A stretch of DNA of 63,940 nucleotides, filler included, from an uncultured bacterium (GCA_964449065.1; 6 parts of 6 records of this genome joined end to end with filler, not necessarily neighbours in it); one strand, 5' to 3'; positions 41,310 through 51,726 are shown, counted from the whole stretch's first letter. A program made the numbers and translations. Notes: a model not told the origin generated them from the letters alone.

Positions 41310-42908
41310 ATGCAGCGAATTTCATGGATTCCACTTTACGACGAATATGCCCTCGGCATCCGTTATATGTCATCCGTCTTGCAGGAAGCCGGGCATGAAT
41401 CGAATATCATTATCTTCAAAGGGGTGGAGTATATTTCTCCGCAGGAAGTGCCGCCACCGCCTGAGCAGAATGACGGCGGGTATTACGGCTTCTGCACCTA
41501 TACCACCAAGCAGGAACTTGACTTGCTTCTTGACCTATTGCGTGAACAAAAGCCTGATTTGGTGGGGATGTCTTTCTCCTCCGTCAGTTTTGGGTTGGCG
41601 CAGTTCATCACCAAGCATATTCAAGAAGAACTCGGCATCCCTGTGATGTGGGGCGGTGTCGATTCGACCATCAACTCGAACGAGAATATTAAATACTGCG
41701 ACTTTCTCTGCACCGGCGAAGGCGAGTTCCCGGTGTTGGAATTGGTGAACCAACTTGATAAAGGCGTGAAGTATCCGGAAGTGGAAAGTATTTGGACCAA
41801 CAAGGGCAACGGAGACATTACCCGGATGCCGACCATGAAGTTGGAAAAGAACCTGGATAACTATCCCTTCCCGGATTTTGAACTGGAAAACAAATACGTT
41901 GTGATTCACAACGATATCATTACTTCACCGCCCTATCCGCCCAAGAGCCACTTGTACTCCAACTTCATCATCATGGCGACACGCGGCTGCCCCTTCACCT
42001 GCACGTACTGTTGCAGCGGACACGATGACGTGATGTATTCCGGCGACCGCTTTTTACGCAGGCGGTCTGTCGATAACGTTCTAAGCGAATTGAGATACCG
42101 CCTCAAAACCTGGCCGTGGCAGATTGAGCGCATTGAGTTTTATGACGATGTGTTTCCGCTCAACAAAAAGTGGCACCAAGAGTTCAGCCCGCGTTACAAA
42201 ACCGAGATCGCCCTGCCCTTCTTTGGATACACTCACCCCAACACGGGTGACCCGGAAATCCTAAAGCTGTTGGCCGATGCTGGGCTTAACTACCTTATTA
42301 TGGGGATTCAATCCGGAAGCCAGCGCACCTTGCGCAAATATTATGACCGCCGCCACCCGAAAGAATCAACCTGCAAGACCATCCAGAACATTCTGGATTC
42401 CGGCATTCAGCTGCTGGTTGACTTCATTGGCTATAACCCGCTTGAACTGGAAGAAGACAACATGGAAACGCTGGATTTGATCTGCGATTTGCCCAAGCCG
42501 GTCGGCATCATCAAGATCAACCCGATGGCGTTTTATGACAACTATAAGATTTATCATCTTGTGCACAAGGAAAATATTTTAGATAAGTTGGAACGCCCCA
42601 AAGGCGTGCACGCGCTGCAAGCCAAGGCCGATCCCTACTTTGTCTTCTGGGAGTTTCTGCATACGCTGGCGCATTTTGAAGGCTTTAGCAAAGAGCACTT
42701 GTTGAACATGGCGAAGGATGAGTATCTTAGAAAGCATCCGGAAATATTGGAAGAGATGGTGACCAATCTCTACAATGCCACCTATTTGGATGCCAACCCG
42801 GTTGTCAACAAAGAGGAGTATGTCAACAGCTTGGGCTACCGCCTGCGTCAGATTGAGAGCAACAAGATGTATCAGGCCTATCAGAAGGTGAAGAGCTTGG
42901 TTGCGTAG
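41310..42908 (+). CDS. Cobalamin-binding radical SAM protein
   Basis: PDLVGMS, VMWGG, GEGE, TRGCPFTCTYC, FYDDVF, GIQSGS. Confidence 0.93.
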   Translation: MQRISWIPLYDEYALGIRYMSSVLQEAGHESNIIIFKGVEYISPQEVPPPPEQNDGGYYGFCTYTTKQELDLLLDLLREQKPDLVGMSFSSVSFGLAQFITKHIQEELGIPVMWGGVDSTINSNENIKYCDFLCTGEGEFPVLELVNQLDKGVKYPEVESIWTNKGNGDITRMPTMKLEKNLDNYPFPDFELENKYVVIHNDIITSPPYPPKSHLYSNFIIMATRGCPFTCTYCCSGHDDVMYSGDRFLRRRSVDNVLSELRYRLKTWPWQIERIEFYDDVFPLNKKWHQEFSPRYKTEIALPFFGYTHPNTGDPEILKLLADAGLNYLIMGIQSGSQRTLRKYYDRRHPKESTCKTIQNILDSGIQLLVDFIGYNPLELEEDNMETLDLICDLPKPVGIIKINPMAFYDNYKIYHLVHKENILDKLERPKGVHALQAKADPYFVFWEFLHTLAHFEGFSKEHLLNMAKDEYLRKHPEILEEMVTNLYNATYLDANPVVNKEEYVNSLGYRLRQIESNKMYQAYQKVKSLVA

Positions 42909-42931
42909 GGTTCAATCCAATTGAAATGATG

Positions 42932-42962
42932 AAAAGGGGTGCTGTGAAGCACCCCTTTTTTT
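42932..42962 (+). terminator. Rho-independent (bidirectional) terminator
   Basis: AAAAGGGGTGCT-GTGA-AGCACCCCTTTTTTT. Confidence 0.9.
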
Positions 42963-42976
42963 GTTAAAGATAATCC

Positions 42977-43005
42977 TTGACATACAACTCTTAATATACT
43001 ACTAT
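42977..43005 (+). promoter_or_regulatory. Putative sigma70 promoter
   Basis: TTGACA, 17 bp, TACTAT upstream of an AGGAG RBS and 43037. Confidence 0.65.
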
Positions 43006-43036
43006 TTCTCCTATATCTTATAGCAGGAGTATTAGG

Positions 43037-43441
43037 ATGGTTGCAATAAACGTTGATTTTGAGGTTTTTAAAGAATTAACGGCATTAAGAGAATCAGAAT
43101 CTGTTTCAGAGAATGACGTAATTCGTAATTTGCTTGGATTAGGAAAAACTAATTCCAAAAACAACCATAAGACTGAAAAAGTCGAAAACAATGGAATACC
43201 TTGGGTATGTAAAGGGGTAACTTTTCCTCATGGAACAAAATTTAAAGCAATATATAAAGGACAATCTTATGCAGCTCACGTTGATAATGGTGCATTGCTA
43301 TTGAATGGAAAGAGGTTCACATCCCCTTCATCTGCTGCAGTATCTATAACTGGTAATCCAGTTAATGGCTGGATGTTTTGGGAATGTTTATTTCCAAATT
43401 CAAGTAATTGGCAACTCATTGCAAATTTAAGAAATAATTAA
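43037..43441 (+). CDS. RHH-like N-terminus plus RAMA/DUF4357-DUF2924-like domain protein
   Basis: VDFEVFKELT....SENDVIRNLL; NGKRFTSPSSAA..ITG..VNGWMFW. Confidence 0.75.
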   Translation: MVAINVDFEVFKELTALRESESVSENDVIRNLLGLGKTNSKNNHKTEKVENNGIPWVCKGVTFPHGTKFKAIYKGQSYAAHVDNGALLLNGKRFTSPSSAAVSITGNPVNGWMFWECLFPNSSNWQLIANLRNN

Positions 43442-43452
43442 GGAGAACTCAA

Positions 43453-43839
43453 ATGGAAACTGCATTGAATAATGAAAAGTATTGGGTATCAAGTATTATT
43501 TATGCATTTTATGAGTTAGGTAAAGAAACAAGTAAAGGCTATCGTCCTCTAAAAGATATATATGAAAAAGTAAAAGATATACGAACAGATTTAAAATTAA
43601 CTAAACCCAAAAAAATAGAAGCAGTAATCAGATATAATATAGAAAAATTCTCTGCTGATTCAGATAATTTTAATGGAAAAATAAACATTTTCCAAAGTCA
43701 AAAAATAAGGAGTGGAATGTGGAGAATGGATAAAAATTATCATGATTTATGCCCATTATTGCTAAAAATAAACAATAGATCTATCATTGATGTAATAAAA
43801 GATATAGATTCTATCATAAAATACAATAAAGAGAATTGA
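43453..43839 (+). CDS. Hypothetical protein, winged-helix-like domain of the type found on HNH/restriction nucleases
   Basis: W...I..A...LG...LKDIYEKV...EAVIR..IEKFSADS..F....F....SGMWR; very AT-rich. Confidence 0.5.
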   Translation: METALNNEKYWVSSIIYAFYELGKETSKGYRPLKDIYEKVKDIRTDLKLTKPKKIEAVIRYNIEKFSADSDNFNGKINIFQSQKIRSGMWRMDKNYHDLCPLLLKINNRSIIDVIKDIDSIIKYNKEN

Positions 43840-43871
43840 ACTCCCTCATTATCACCAAAATCAAACTGTAA

Positions 43872-43971
43872 NNNNNNNNNNNNNNNNNNNNNNNNNNNNN
43901 NNNNNNNNNNNNNNNTTAATTAATTAANNNNNNNNNNNNNNNNNNNNNNNNNNNNNNNNNNNNNNNNNNNN
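43872..43971. other. Artificial contig linker
   Basis: N44-TTAATTAATTAA-N44. Confidence 0.99.
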
Positions 43972-44075
43972 CCCGAACCCTCACCCCGGCCCTCTCCCGG
44001 TGGGCGAGGGTGATAGATTCAGCGAAAGATTAGGAAAACGGGCATATCATAATTTAGTGCGTAACGTGAGTTATT
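43972..44075. repeat. ~100-bp MITE-like repeat (inverted copy)
   Basis: Reverse complement matches 54744-54848, 63766-63869 and 10850-10904. Confidence 0.85.
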
Positions 44076-44105
44076 AAACCTGTGTAAAGTTGAGTTTGCT
44101 TGTTG

Positions 44106-44831
44106 TTATAGCTTCACCTCATCAAACGAAGATACCTTGGGATGATCAGTCTCCGGCTGGGGCTTGTTTTCCGGCCGCACGCTTAACGCGGTTTCCATTC
44201 CCGCTTCTCGGGCGGCATCCAGTTCTTCCACAATATCGCTTATAAATAGGATATCGGACGTCTTGCACTTAAATTCCTGCGCAATCTGTCTGTAGCTATC
44301 CGCCTCTTTCTTCGAGCCGGTCGTCGTATCATAATGGCCGCTAAAGAAGTTCAGTAAGTTGCCTTTGATTGTGTGCGCAAAAAATAACTTCTGTGCGGCC
44401 ACGCTGCCCGATGAAAAAATACGGATTTCGATCCCCGCTTTGTACCATTTTTCGATTGCCGGTTTCACATCCTCATATAAATGAGCCTTCATTTCGCCGC
44501 TGCCGAATCCGGCTTTCCAAATAAGCCCCTGCAGTTGCTTGAGTCCGGTCGCTTTCACGTCCTCATCCATCTGGCGGATAACTTCTTTGCGTACCAATTG
44601 CCTCAGTTCATCATCGCTTTTGTTTTTTCCGGCCCATGCTTCCAGCGATGCATGGCCCGCATCGACCGCGATCCTATCGCAAGCGGCGATGACATCGGTC
44701 GTGTTCCAATTGGCATCCAAAAACGAGTCCAATTCACGCCGTACGTATGGGAACATCACATCATACACGAAATCGATCGATGACGTGGTCCCTTCAATAT
44801 CAAGCAATATGCCGCGTCCGGTGAATATCAT
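44106..44831 (-). CDS. mtnC: Enolase-phosphatase E1 (acireductone synthase)
   Basis: LLDIEGTTSSIDFVYDVMFPY, KATGLKQLQG, SSGSVAAQKL, FISD..ELDAA. Confidence 0.96.
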   Translation of the reverse strand: MIFTGRGILLDIEGTTSSIDFVYDVMFPYVRRELDSFLDANWNTTDVIAACDRIAVDAGHASLEAWAGKNKSDDELRQLVRKEVIRQMDEDVKATGLKQLQGLIWKAGFGSGEMKAHLYEDVKPAIEKWYKAGIEIRIFSSGSVAAQKLFFAHTIKGNLLNFFSGHYDTTTGSKKEADSYRQIAQEFKCKTSDILFISDIVEELDAAREAGMETALSVRPENKPQPETDHPKVSSFDEVKL

Positions 44832-45412
44832 TAAATATCAACCGCCGGTTTCATGGTTGCTTGTTTGGGGAAATATTGCGGCCCCATGCAAAGCGGAGTG
44901 TAGTTGGTGTGGATATCGCTTTCCGTGTAATGCGGTGTCCAACCGGATGGGTCTTGGAACAAGCGAATGCAGCGAATATTGCGGTCATCGCACAAATCAA
45001 ACCAATGCTTGGTGCCGTTGGGAACATTGATCAGATCGCCGCTTTCCACTTGAACAGCAAAAACCGGAGCGTTATCCGGATGGATATGAAACACGCCTCC
45101 GCCCTGGACGGTAAAACGAACTTCATCCTCGCTGTGGGTATGCTCTTTATTAAACTTAGCCAGCATTTCATTAAGGCCGGGGGTATCGGGCTTTACGTTG
45201 ATTACATCGGCTGTCACAAAACCGCCTTGCTCTTTCAGACGGTTGATCTCGGGCTCATAGGTGTTCAGAATATCTTCATCGGTCGCGTCTTCGCCAAGTC
45301 GGCCTTCCACATCCCACTTTTCGTACCAAATCCCATATTGGTTCAAAAACGCTCTCATTTCCTGCACATCCGTAATCTCACGGTTTTCATCTTGTATCCG
45401 AATACGTGCCAT
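44831..45412 (-). CDS. mtnD: Acireductone dioxygenase
   Basis: KFNKEHTHSEDEVRF, GDLINVP.GTKHWF, IRLFQDPSGW. Confidence 0.95.
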   Translation of the reverse strand: MARIRIQDENREITDVQEMRAFLNQYGIWYEKWDVEGRLGEDATDEDILNTYEPEINRLKEQGGFVTADVINVKPDTPGLNEMLAKFNKEHTHSEDEVRFTVQGGGVFHIHPDNAPVFAVQVESGDLINVPNGTKHWFDLCDDRNIRCIRLFQDPSGWTPHYTESDIHTNYTPLCMGPQYFPKQATMKPAVDI

Positions 45413-45444
45413 AATTCTTCTCCTTAAATTTTAAGGTTAAACTT

Positions 45445-46125
45445 TTATTCTACGGCAAAAGGAGTGGATGGGGGAAGGGTGCCTTCCAGCATCAATTTGT
45501 GTCCCATACACTCAAATAAAAATTCAAAAATCTCAATATGGCGCCTTGCCTCTTCCACCGTTTTTCCCCATGTGTATAAACCATGCTTGCGAATAAGATA
45601 GCCATGCGCTATGCGGTCCGGTTCGGATTGCATTTTAGCGGCTACCTCTTTCGCCAATGATGGAATGTCCTGTGTGTTTTCAAAGATTGGAACCCACTCG
45701 GAATGGAGGTGCGTCTTGACGCGTTCCAATCCCTTCAGCATTTCATAGCCATCGATTGCAAGCCCTCCCTCAGCAAAATGCCGGTCCGAAAGCAGCGTGC
45801 TCCATACCGAATGCGTATGCAGAATGCACCCCACATCCTCCAACTGCTGCGCCGCGATGATGTGAAGAAATGTTTCCGCGGACGATTTCGGTTGTCCTTC
45901 AGATATTGGTTTACCGTCTTCGCCAACAACGACAAAATCGTTACGGGTTAATCTGCCTTTGTCTTTGCCGCTGGCTGTAATCAGCAACTGCAGCGGATCA
46001 CGGTTGACAATCACGCTGTAATTGCTGCTGGTTCCCAATGACCATCCGCGTTGATACAGCATGGCGCCGGTCTCACGCAGCGCATCGATTTGGGTGTCAA
46101 AGCCTAGTAATGGATTTCCTGCCAT
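45445..46125 (-). CDS. mtnB: Methylthioribulose-1-phosphate dehydratase
   Basis: RGWSLGTSSNYS, ITASGKDKG, SAETFLH, LHTHS, HGLYTWG; start at MAGNP inferred. Confidence 0.95.
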   Translation of the reverse strand: MAGNPLLGFDTQIDALRETGAMLYQRGWSLGTSSNYSVIVNRDPLQLLITASGKDKGRLTRNDFVVVGEDGKPISEGQPKSSAETFLHIIAAQQLEDVGCILHTHSVWSTLLSDRHFAEGGLAIDGYEMLKGLERVKTHLHSEWVPIFENTQDIPSLAKEVAAKMQSEPDRIAHGYLIRKHGLYTWGKTVEEARRHIEIFEFLFECMGHKLMLEGTLPPSTPFAVE

Positions 46126-46217
46126 ATCGACTCTAGGGTTCCTTTTATAGTAGGTACGAAATTGAAATATTTTAACAAAGCATGTTAACAATGGTAGTGC
46201 AACTAAAGCAGTATCAA

Positions 46218-46538
46218 TCAGCTAGTCGTGATCACTTCGCCGTCTTGGGCGAAATCACGGATAAACGAATCCCCGTGTTCCCACTCATCACAAGTCATGG
46301 CTGTTGCTTCAATCGGCTCAAAGATTTCATAGATTGCATCTGTTAGAATATCAATGCGTTCCCAATATCCCTTATTAATAAAATCATCAGATACGACGAC
46401 TAAATCTATATCGCTGTCTTCCCGGTAATTTCCTCTAGCGAAAGAGCCAAATAGTATGATTTTGGCTGGCTTTATTCCATTTTTTACTAAAATATTGTGG
46501 AAACGGTTTATGATCTCTATAACTTGCTTTTTATCCAT
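46218..46538 (-). CDS. Minimal nucleotidyltransferase (MNT), copy 2
   Basis: ILFGSFARG....SDIDL. Confidence 0.92.
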   Translation of the reverse strand: MDKKQVIEIINRFHNILVKNGIKPAKIILFGSFARGNYREDSDIDLVVVSDDFINKGYWERIDILTDAIYEIFEPIEATAMTCDEWEHGDSFIRDFAQDGEVITTS

Positions 46539-46611
46539 TGGAATTCTAGCATCAATTCAAAATTTAAGAATTTGATGTGGATGAAAATTAAAGCAACCCA
46601 TGGATGAATAA

Positions 46612-46932
46612 TTAACTGGAAGTGATCACTTCGCCGTCTTGAGCGAAATCACGGATAAACGAATCCCCATGCTCCCATTCGTCACAAGTCATGGCTGTTG
46701 CTTCAATTGGCTCAAAGATTTCACAGATTGCTTCCGACAGGATATCAATCCGTTCCCAATAATCTTTGCCGATAAAATCATCCGATACAACAATTAAATC
46801 TATATCGCTATGCTCCGTATAATTCCCTCTCGCAAATGAACCGAATAAAACTATTTTTGCAGGAGAAATACTTTTTGTTTCTAATATCTGATGGAAACGG
46901 TTTATGATCTCTATAACTTGCTTTTTATCCAC
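46612..46932 (-). CDS. Minimal nucleotidyltransferase (MNT), copy 1
   Basis: VLFGSFARG....SDIDL; overlaps the HEPN gene end. Confidence 0.92.
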   Translation of the reverse strand: MDKKQVIEIINRFHQILETKSISPAKIVLFGSFARGNYTEHSDIDLIVVSDDFIGKDYWERIDILSEAICEIFEPIEATAMTCDEWEHGDSFIRDFAQDGEVITSS

Positions 46933-47291
46933 TTCATTACCTCGTTTCCATCTGTGAGCATTCTTTGTACTTTGGTATCCGGGTAGAGTTTTTGCACTTC
47001 AAAAAAATTTTCAAAATAACGTGTGGAAATGTTCGCTTCGTTTATGTTGGCAATCCAATACAAGATATCTTCTGGTGGTTTTATACCACTACTTGTTATC
47101 AGAGTAAGTAAATTATGTATCTTCGGTGGTATTTTATTTAATTTTTCGTAATACAAACCCTTCAACGCTTTCTCAATAGATTGATGGCACATTAAAACGG
47201 CATAGATATTCCGGCCGCCTTGGAGCATAAACTCGGCGGTTTCCATATCATAATCCGCCTGTATAAGCCATTGTTCCGTCTTTTTGTTCAT
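46911..47291 (-). CDS. HEPN domain protein
   Basis: W..QADYD..TA, CHQSIEKALK, PPKIHNL, TRY. Confidence 0.92.
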   Translation of the reverse strand: MNKKTEQWLIQADYDMETAEFMLQGGRNIYAVLMCHQSIEKALKGLYYEKLNKIPPKIHNLLTLITSSGIKPPEDILYWIANINEANISTRYFENFFEVQKLYPDTKVQRMLTDGNEVMKWIKSKL

Positions 47292-47306
47292 TCACCAATT
47301 ATACCC

Positions 47307-48920
47307 TTATTCCGCAATTTTGGTTACGGAAATTTGAACCGGCTCCTGCGGCCCGGCTTTCATCGCCATTCCTTCAAGAAGTGCTTTCCCGCTTACAACG
47401 GATTCATGATCATTTACAAAAATTTTGTATTCACTATCCAAATTTACCGTAAACCATTCTGGAAACTGATTGATCCGCGGATAGTCATCCGGCATATTCA
47501 AATGCTCTTGATGGCGCGCAATATCAAAGTGGATTTTCCCCTGCCAAGGCCAATCCGCCGAAAGTTGCAGATGCAGCGTATCATCCTGCATCACACCGCC
47601 CAACCGAACATCTTTTCTCCAGTTGGAAACCCACGTTCCCTGCGATTTATACAACGCGTACATAATCGCGGTGCGGGCAAAATTTCCGTCGCCGTGCCAG
47701 CCCTCAACAATCCCGTCATACCGTTGGATATCGAGCATCAACTGCATGGAATCATCCACCCATTGAAACGCTCTCTCAACCGGGATACGGTTCAACAGAT
47801 TCAGGCCGCCTTCAATGCTGTCCGCGTAACCATCCGCGCTGCCGCGTTCCCAATCGTAATCAAGGTACTTGTGAATGTTGCTCAACACATGCTCAACCGC
47901 TTCTTTGTATTCCGGCTTATCATCGATCATGGCAACTGTTAAATAAGCGTTATAGTCATACCCCCAATTGTCAGATAAATTATTGTTTAGAATTTCACCG
48001 GTTTGGGGATTGATTTCGTTATAGAACATGCCGTCTTCATTGCGGCCATGCTGCAAGATCGTATCCAGCATCCTGTGCATTGCCGGTTGATATTTTCGGT
48101 AGCGTTCTTCATCGATTTTTGATGCCAGATAATATACCTCCGTCAACCCGCTGATGACTTCACAACCATGATCCCGCAGCCGCAGTTTGTCCTCATCGGT
48201 GGGGATATGCCCGCTGAAATAATAATCCGCCAGCCGAAACGCATAATCCAGATAGGCCGCGTTCTTCGTCATCCAATACAAGCGGCAAAGTACTTGCAAC
48301 TGCTCGCCATTGACTTCATGGCTATTAGAAGGGATTTTTCCGAATGGGGTATCGATGGGCGCATGCTTCCAAACAGAGTTTTGGATTCCTATCATTCGGC
48401 TAGACCAAGGACTCTTACCCAGCCATTCGGTTAGCGGCATTAAACCATCTTTGACGTATTCTGAACCGCCAAAAATCATACTGTCTAAATCGGCTTCTTC
48501 CGTTCGAAACCCTTTTTTGTCAAAATCATAATCATCCGGAAGGTTCTCAACCCGGTTGGTCAACCGAATCTCTGTTGCCAGGATATCTCTCATGGTTGTT
48601 TCAAAAATATGAGGGTCGGTCAAAGCCGCGGTTAATACCATAAACGGATAATTATCCGCGGCGGCGTCTTTCGCGTTCCAAAACCAAGATCCGGTCAAGT
48701 TTCGTGGAATCAAACCGGATTCCGGGTCGCGGTGATCCAGCCAGCCGTGCATATAATCCCAGCACTGAATCAACGCTTGATTGGCCTGCCCGGCGTTTTT
48801 TTTGAGTTGATTTCGAATTTCGGAACCGGTTATGCTTTGCTCTGCTACTACTGTATGAAAAGCGCTTGCCAATAAAATAAACGGCAACAATAATCCGCGA
48901 GTCATCCCTATGATTTTCAT
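47307..48920 (-). CDS. Secreted hypothetical protein, possible (alpha/alpha)6 glycoside hydrolase-like
   Basis: Signal peptide; aromatic/acidic motifs WNAKDAAADNYPF, LRDHGCE, SDNWGY, EGWHGDGNFART; start uncertain. Confidence 0.55.
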   Translation of the reverse strand: MKIIGMTRGLLLPFILLASAFHTVVAEQSITGSEIRNQLKKNAGQANQALIQCWDYMHGWLDHRDPESGLIPRNLTGSWFWNAKDAAADNYPFMVLTAALTDPHIFETTMRDILATEIRLTNRVENLPDDYDFDKKGFRTEEADLDSMIFGGSEYVKDGLMPLTEWLGKSPWSSRMIGIQNSVWKHAPIDTPFGKIPSNSHEVNGEQLQVLCRLYWMTKNAAYLDYAFRLADYYFSGHIPTDEDKLRLRDHGCEVISGLTEVYYLASKIDEERYRKYQPAMHRMLDTILQHGRNEDGMFYNEINPQTGEILNNNLSDNWGYDYNAYLTVAMIDDKPEYKEAVEHVLSNIHKYLDYDWERGSADGYADSIEGGLNLLNRIPVERAFQWVDDSMQLMLDIQRYDGIVEGWHGDGNFARTAIMYALYKSQGTWVSNWRKDVRLGGVMQDDTLHLQLSADWPWQGKIHFDIARHQEHLNMPDDYPRINQFPEWFTVNLDSEYKIFVNDHESVVSGKALLEGMAMKAGPQEPVQISVTKIAE

Positions 48921-49059
48921 TAATCTTCTCCCCACTTTTTCTCTACGAAATTTGGCATACAATCCTTGCGTTATTTACGATAAATCAACATTGATTTGTT
49001 ATCAACCATACACGGGCTATACTATACCTGATTTGAATCACATACATTGGAGAATTCAG

Positions 49060-50004
49060 ATGCATGACACGATTATTATCGGGGCCGGACCGGCCGGATT
49101 GGCCGCGGCACTCTACGCCTCAAGAGGGCAACTGGACACCGTCGTATTGGAAAAAGGGCCGGTGGGTGGGCAAATATCCCTTACGGAAATCGTAGAAAAC
49201 TATCCCGGCTTTCCCGAGGGCGAAACCGGCCCGAAATTGGCTGATCTTTTTCTGAAACAGGCCGAAAAATATGGCACGGTTAAGAAAACCGCTGAAGTTC
49301 AAGAAATTAAAGTGAATGACGATAAAACCTTTACTCTCGTTACTGACCAAGGCGATATGCATACCCGTACCATCATCTGCGCGATGGGTGCCGACCCCCG
49401 CAAATTGGATATTCCCGGCGAAGACAAAAACGTTGGCACCGGCGTTTCTTATTGCGCGACCTGCGATGGATTCTTCTTCCGGGAAAAAGATATCATCGTC
49501 GTCGGCGGTGGAGACGCGGCGGTTGAAGAAAGTTTGTTCCTTACCCGCTTCGCCAAAACCGTCACCATTGTTCACCGCCGGGATGAACTTCGTGCAACCA
49601 AAGTCTTACAACAGCGCGCCTTTGATCATGAAAAAATCGATTTTATTTGGGATACGCAATTAAATGAGATTCACAGTGACGGCAATAAAGTCATAAAAGT
49701 GACGTTGGAAAATACGAAATCCGGTGAAGTCAAAGAACATCCCATCGACGGGGTGTTTATCTTCGTCGGCCATATCCCCAATACTTGGCTGGTAAAAGAT
49801 ATGGTCGAGCTGGATGAGCATAACCTGATGAAAGTCGATTTATCCATGCGGACCTCGATACCTGGGTTGTTTGCATGTGGAGACTGCCGGGCGGATGCGG
49901 CACGCCAGATGGTCAGTTCCGCCGGAGACGGCGTGACTGCTGCCATCGAAGCAATAAAATATATCGATGAATTGAAAGCAAAAGAAGAAGCGGTTGTGGC
50001 GTAA
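49060..50004 (+). CDS. trxB: Thioredoxin reductase
   Basis: IIGAGPAGL, GVSYCATCDG, VGGGDAAVEE, HRRDELRA, FACGD. Confidence 0.97.
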   Translation: MHDTIIIGAGPAGLAAALYASRGQLDTVVLEKGPVGGQISLTEIVENYPGFPEGETGPKLADLFLKQAEKYGTVKKTAEVQEIKVNDDKTFTLVTDQGDMHTRTIICAMGADPRKLDIPGEDKNVGTGVSYCATCDGFFFREKDIIVVGGGDAAVEESLFLTRFAKTVTIVHRRDELRATKVLQQRAFDHEKIDFIWDTQLNEIHSDGNKVIKVTLENTKSGEVKEHPIDGVFIFVGHIPNTWLVKDMVELDEHNLMKVDLSMRTSIPGLFACGDCRADAARQMVSSAGDGVTAAIEAIKYIDELKAKEEAVVA

Positions 50005-50098
50005 ATCCGAACCAAATTCATGCGTTACAACCTTTGAAACCAAACGTTATGAACCGGAAATATACAATGAGGCGGTTAGACCTCATTCTCTTTTTCCT

Positions 50099-50923
50099 AT
50101 GCCGAATGAGACGACTATCATAAAGCAACCGCCACGGCTCTTCGAATCTTTCCTATCCTCCATAGGCAAGCAAACCGTCACGTTTTTCTTCAGCACTGGC
50201 GCTTTGGTATCTTTGTTTCTCCAAACCCTATTGATGTGTTTCCAACGCCCTTTCCGTATCCGCTTGACGATGGAACAAATGATCAGCATCGGCATTATGT
50301 CGCTGCCCATCGCCCTCATTACGGCATCCTTCACGGGAATGGTTCTCGTATTACAGACTGGAGTACAGTTGAAACCCCTGGGAATGAAGATCTACTCCAG
50401 CGGCATCTCCGCCATCGGCTTTACCCGGGAAATTGGCCCGGTCTTAACATCAATCGTTTTAGCCGGCCGGATTGCGGCAGGCATCACCGCCGAAATTGGA
50501 ACCATGAAAGTCACCGAGCAAATCGATGCCCTCAAAACGCTGGGCGCCAATCCCGTTAGTTATTTGGTCGTGCCCCGCTTTATTGCGTGTGTCGTCATGT
50601 TTCCCATGCTCACGGTTTTAGCCATCGCGGTCGGGATATTGGGCGGTTTTTTTGTCGGGGTGACGGTGCTGAATATTACTCCTGGCCTATACGTCAGCAG
50701 CCTGTGGAAATGGCTTGTTCTTCAAGATTATCTTTCCGGTATCTTCAAAACCATTTTCTTTGGGATGATTGTGGCTATCGTAGGATGTTACAAAGGGTTC
50801 AATACCGGGTTCGGTGCCCAAGGCGTTGGAGAAGCCACCAAAGATTCCGTTGTCACCGCATCGATCCTCATTCTGATCGCGAATTTCTTCTTAACCTCAT
50901 GGATCATTCAACTCTTTCCATAG
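50099..50923 (+). CDS. mlaE: MlaE family ABC permease
   Basis: REIGPVLT...AGR, AEIGTMKVTEQIDAL, YLVVPR, GVGEAT..SVV. Confidence 0.95.
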   Translation: MPNETTIIKQPPRLFESFLSSIGKQTVTFFFSTGALVSLFLQTLLMCFQRPFRIRLTMEQMISIGIMSLPIALITASFTGMVLVLQTGVQLKPLGMKIYSSGISAIGFTREIGPVLTSIVLAGRIAAGITAEIGTMKVTEQIDALKTLGANPVSYLVVPRFIACVVMFPMLTVLAIAVGILGGFFVGVTVLNITPGLYVSSLWKWLVLQDYLSGIFKTIFFGMIVAIVGCYKGFNTGFGAQGVGEATKDSVVTASILILIANFFLTSWIIQLFP

Positions 50924-51726
50924 CGCCGGAAGAAGTAACCGTTTCCGCCCCGGATGTTGCCAAAACAACCGAACAAGAAATGGTGCGCTTGGAGGATGTC
51001 TCGATCACTCTTGGAGGCAAACGCATCCTGCGCGGTTGCAATCTAACCGTCAACGCCGGAGAAACCCGTGTCATCATGGGGCGCAGTGGGGAAGGGAAAA
51101 GCGTCACCATTAAACACGTCTGCGGCCTGTTAAAACCCGACAGCGGCAACGTCTACGTCGATGGTGAAGAAATCGCGAAGTACAATGAACGGGAACTGCT
51201 GCATGTACGTAAAAAGATCGGGCTTTTATTTCAAAACGCCGCTTTGTTTGACTCAATGGATGTACTCCATAACGTCGGCTTTGCCCTGTACGAAGAAGGC
51301 AAACTGGATCACGATGAAATCGAAGACCGGGTGGTAGAAGTGCTCAAAACCGTACGCCTGAAAGATGTCGTCCACAAAATGCCATCCGAACTTTCCGGGG
51401 GGATGAAGAAACGGGTGGGTCTGGCGCGCGCGATTTTACAGCACCCCAAAATTTTGCTGTACGATGAACCGACCACCGGCCTCGACCCCGTTACCTCGGA
51501 TGCCATCAACGATCTCATCATCAAATTGGCGGATGAATTACACGTGACATCGCTGATCATCACACACGATATGCAAAGCGCGTTCAAAGTGGCCGATACC
51601 TTTTCCATGCTGTTTGAAGGAAAAATCATTTATACCGGAACACCGGAAGAAGTTCGTGATACCGACAACGAAATCATTCATCAGTTTGTCAACGGCAAAG
51701 CGGACGGTCCGCTTTCCAACTTATAA
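50899..51726 (+). CDS. mlaF: MlaF family ABC ATP-binding protein
   Basis: GRSGEGKS, FQNAALFDSM, LSGGMKKRVGLARA, YDEPTTGLDP; start uncertain. Confidence 0.95.
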   Translation: MDHSTLSIAPEEVTVSAPDVAKTTEQEMVRLEDVSITLGGKRILRGCNLTVNAGETRVIMGRSGEGKSVTIKHVCGLLKPDSGNVYVDGEEIAKYNERELLHVRKKIGLLFQNAALFDSMDVLHNVGFALYEEGKLDHDEIEDRVVEVLKTVRLKDVVHKMPSELSGGMKKRVGLARAILQHPKILLYDEPTTGLDPVTSDAINDLIIKLADELHVTSLIITHDMQSAFKVADTFSMLFEGKIIYTGTPEEVRDTDNEIIHQFVNGKADGPLSNL

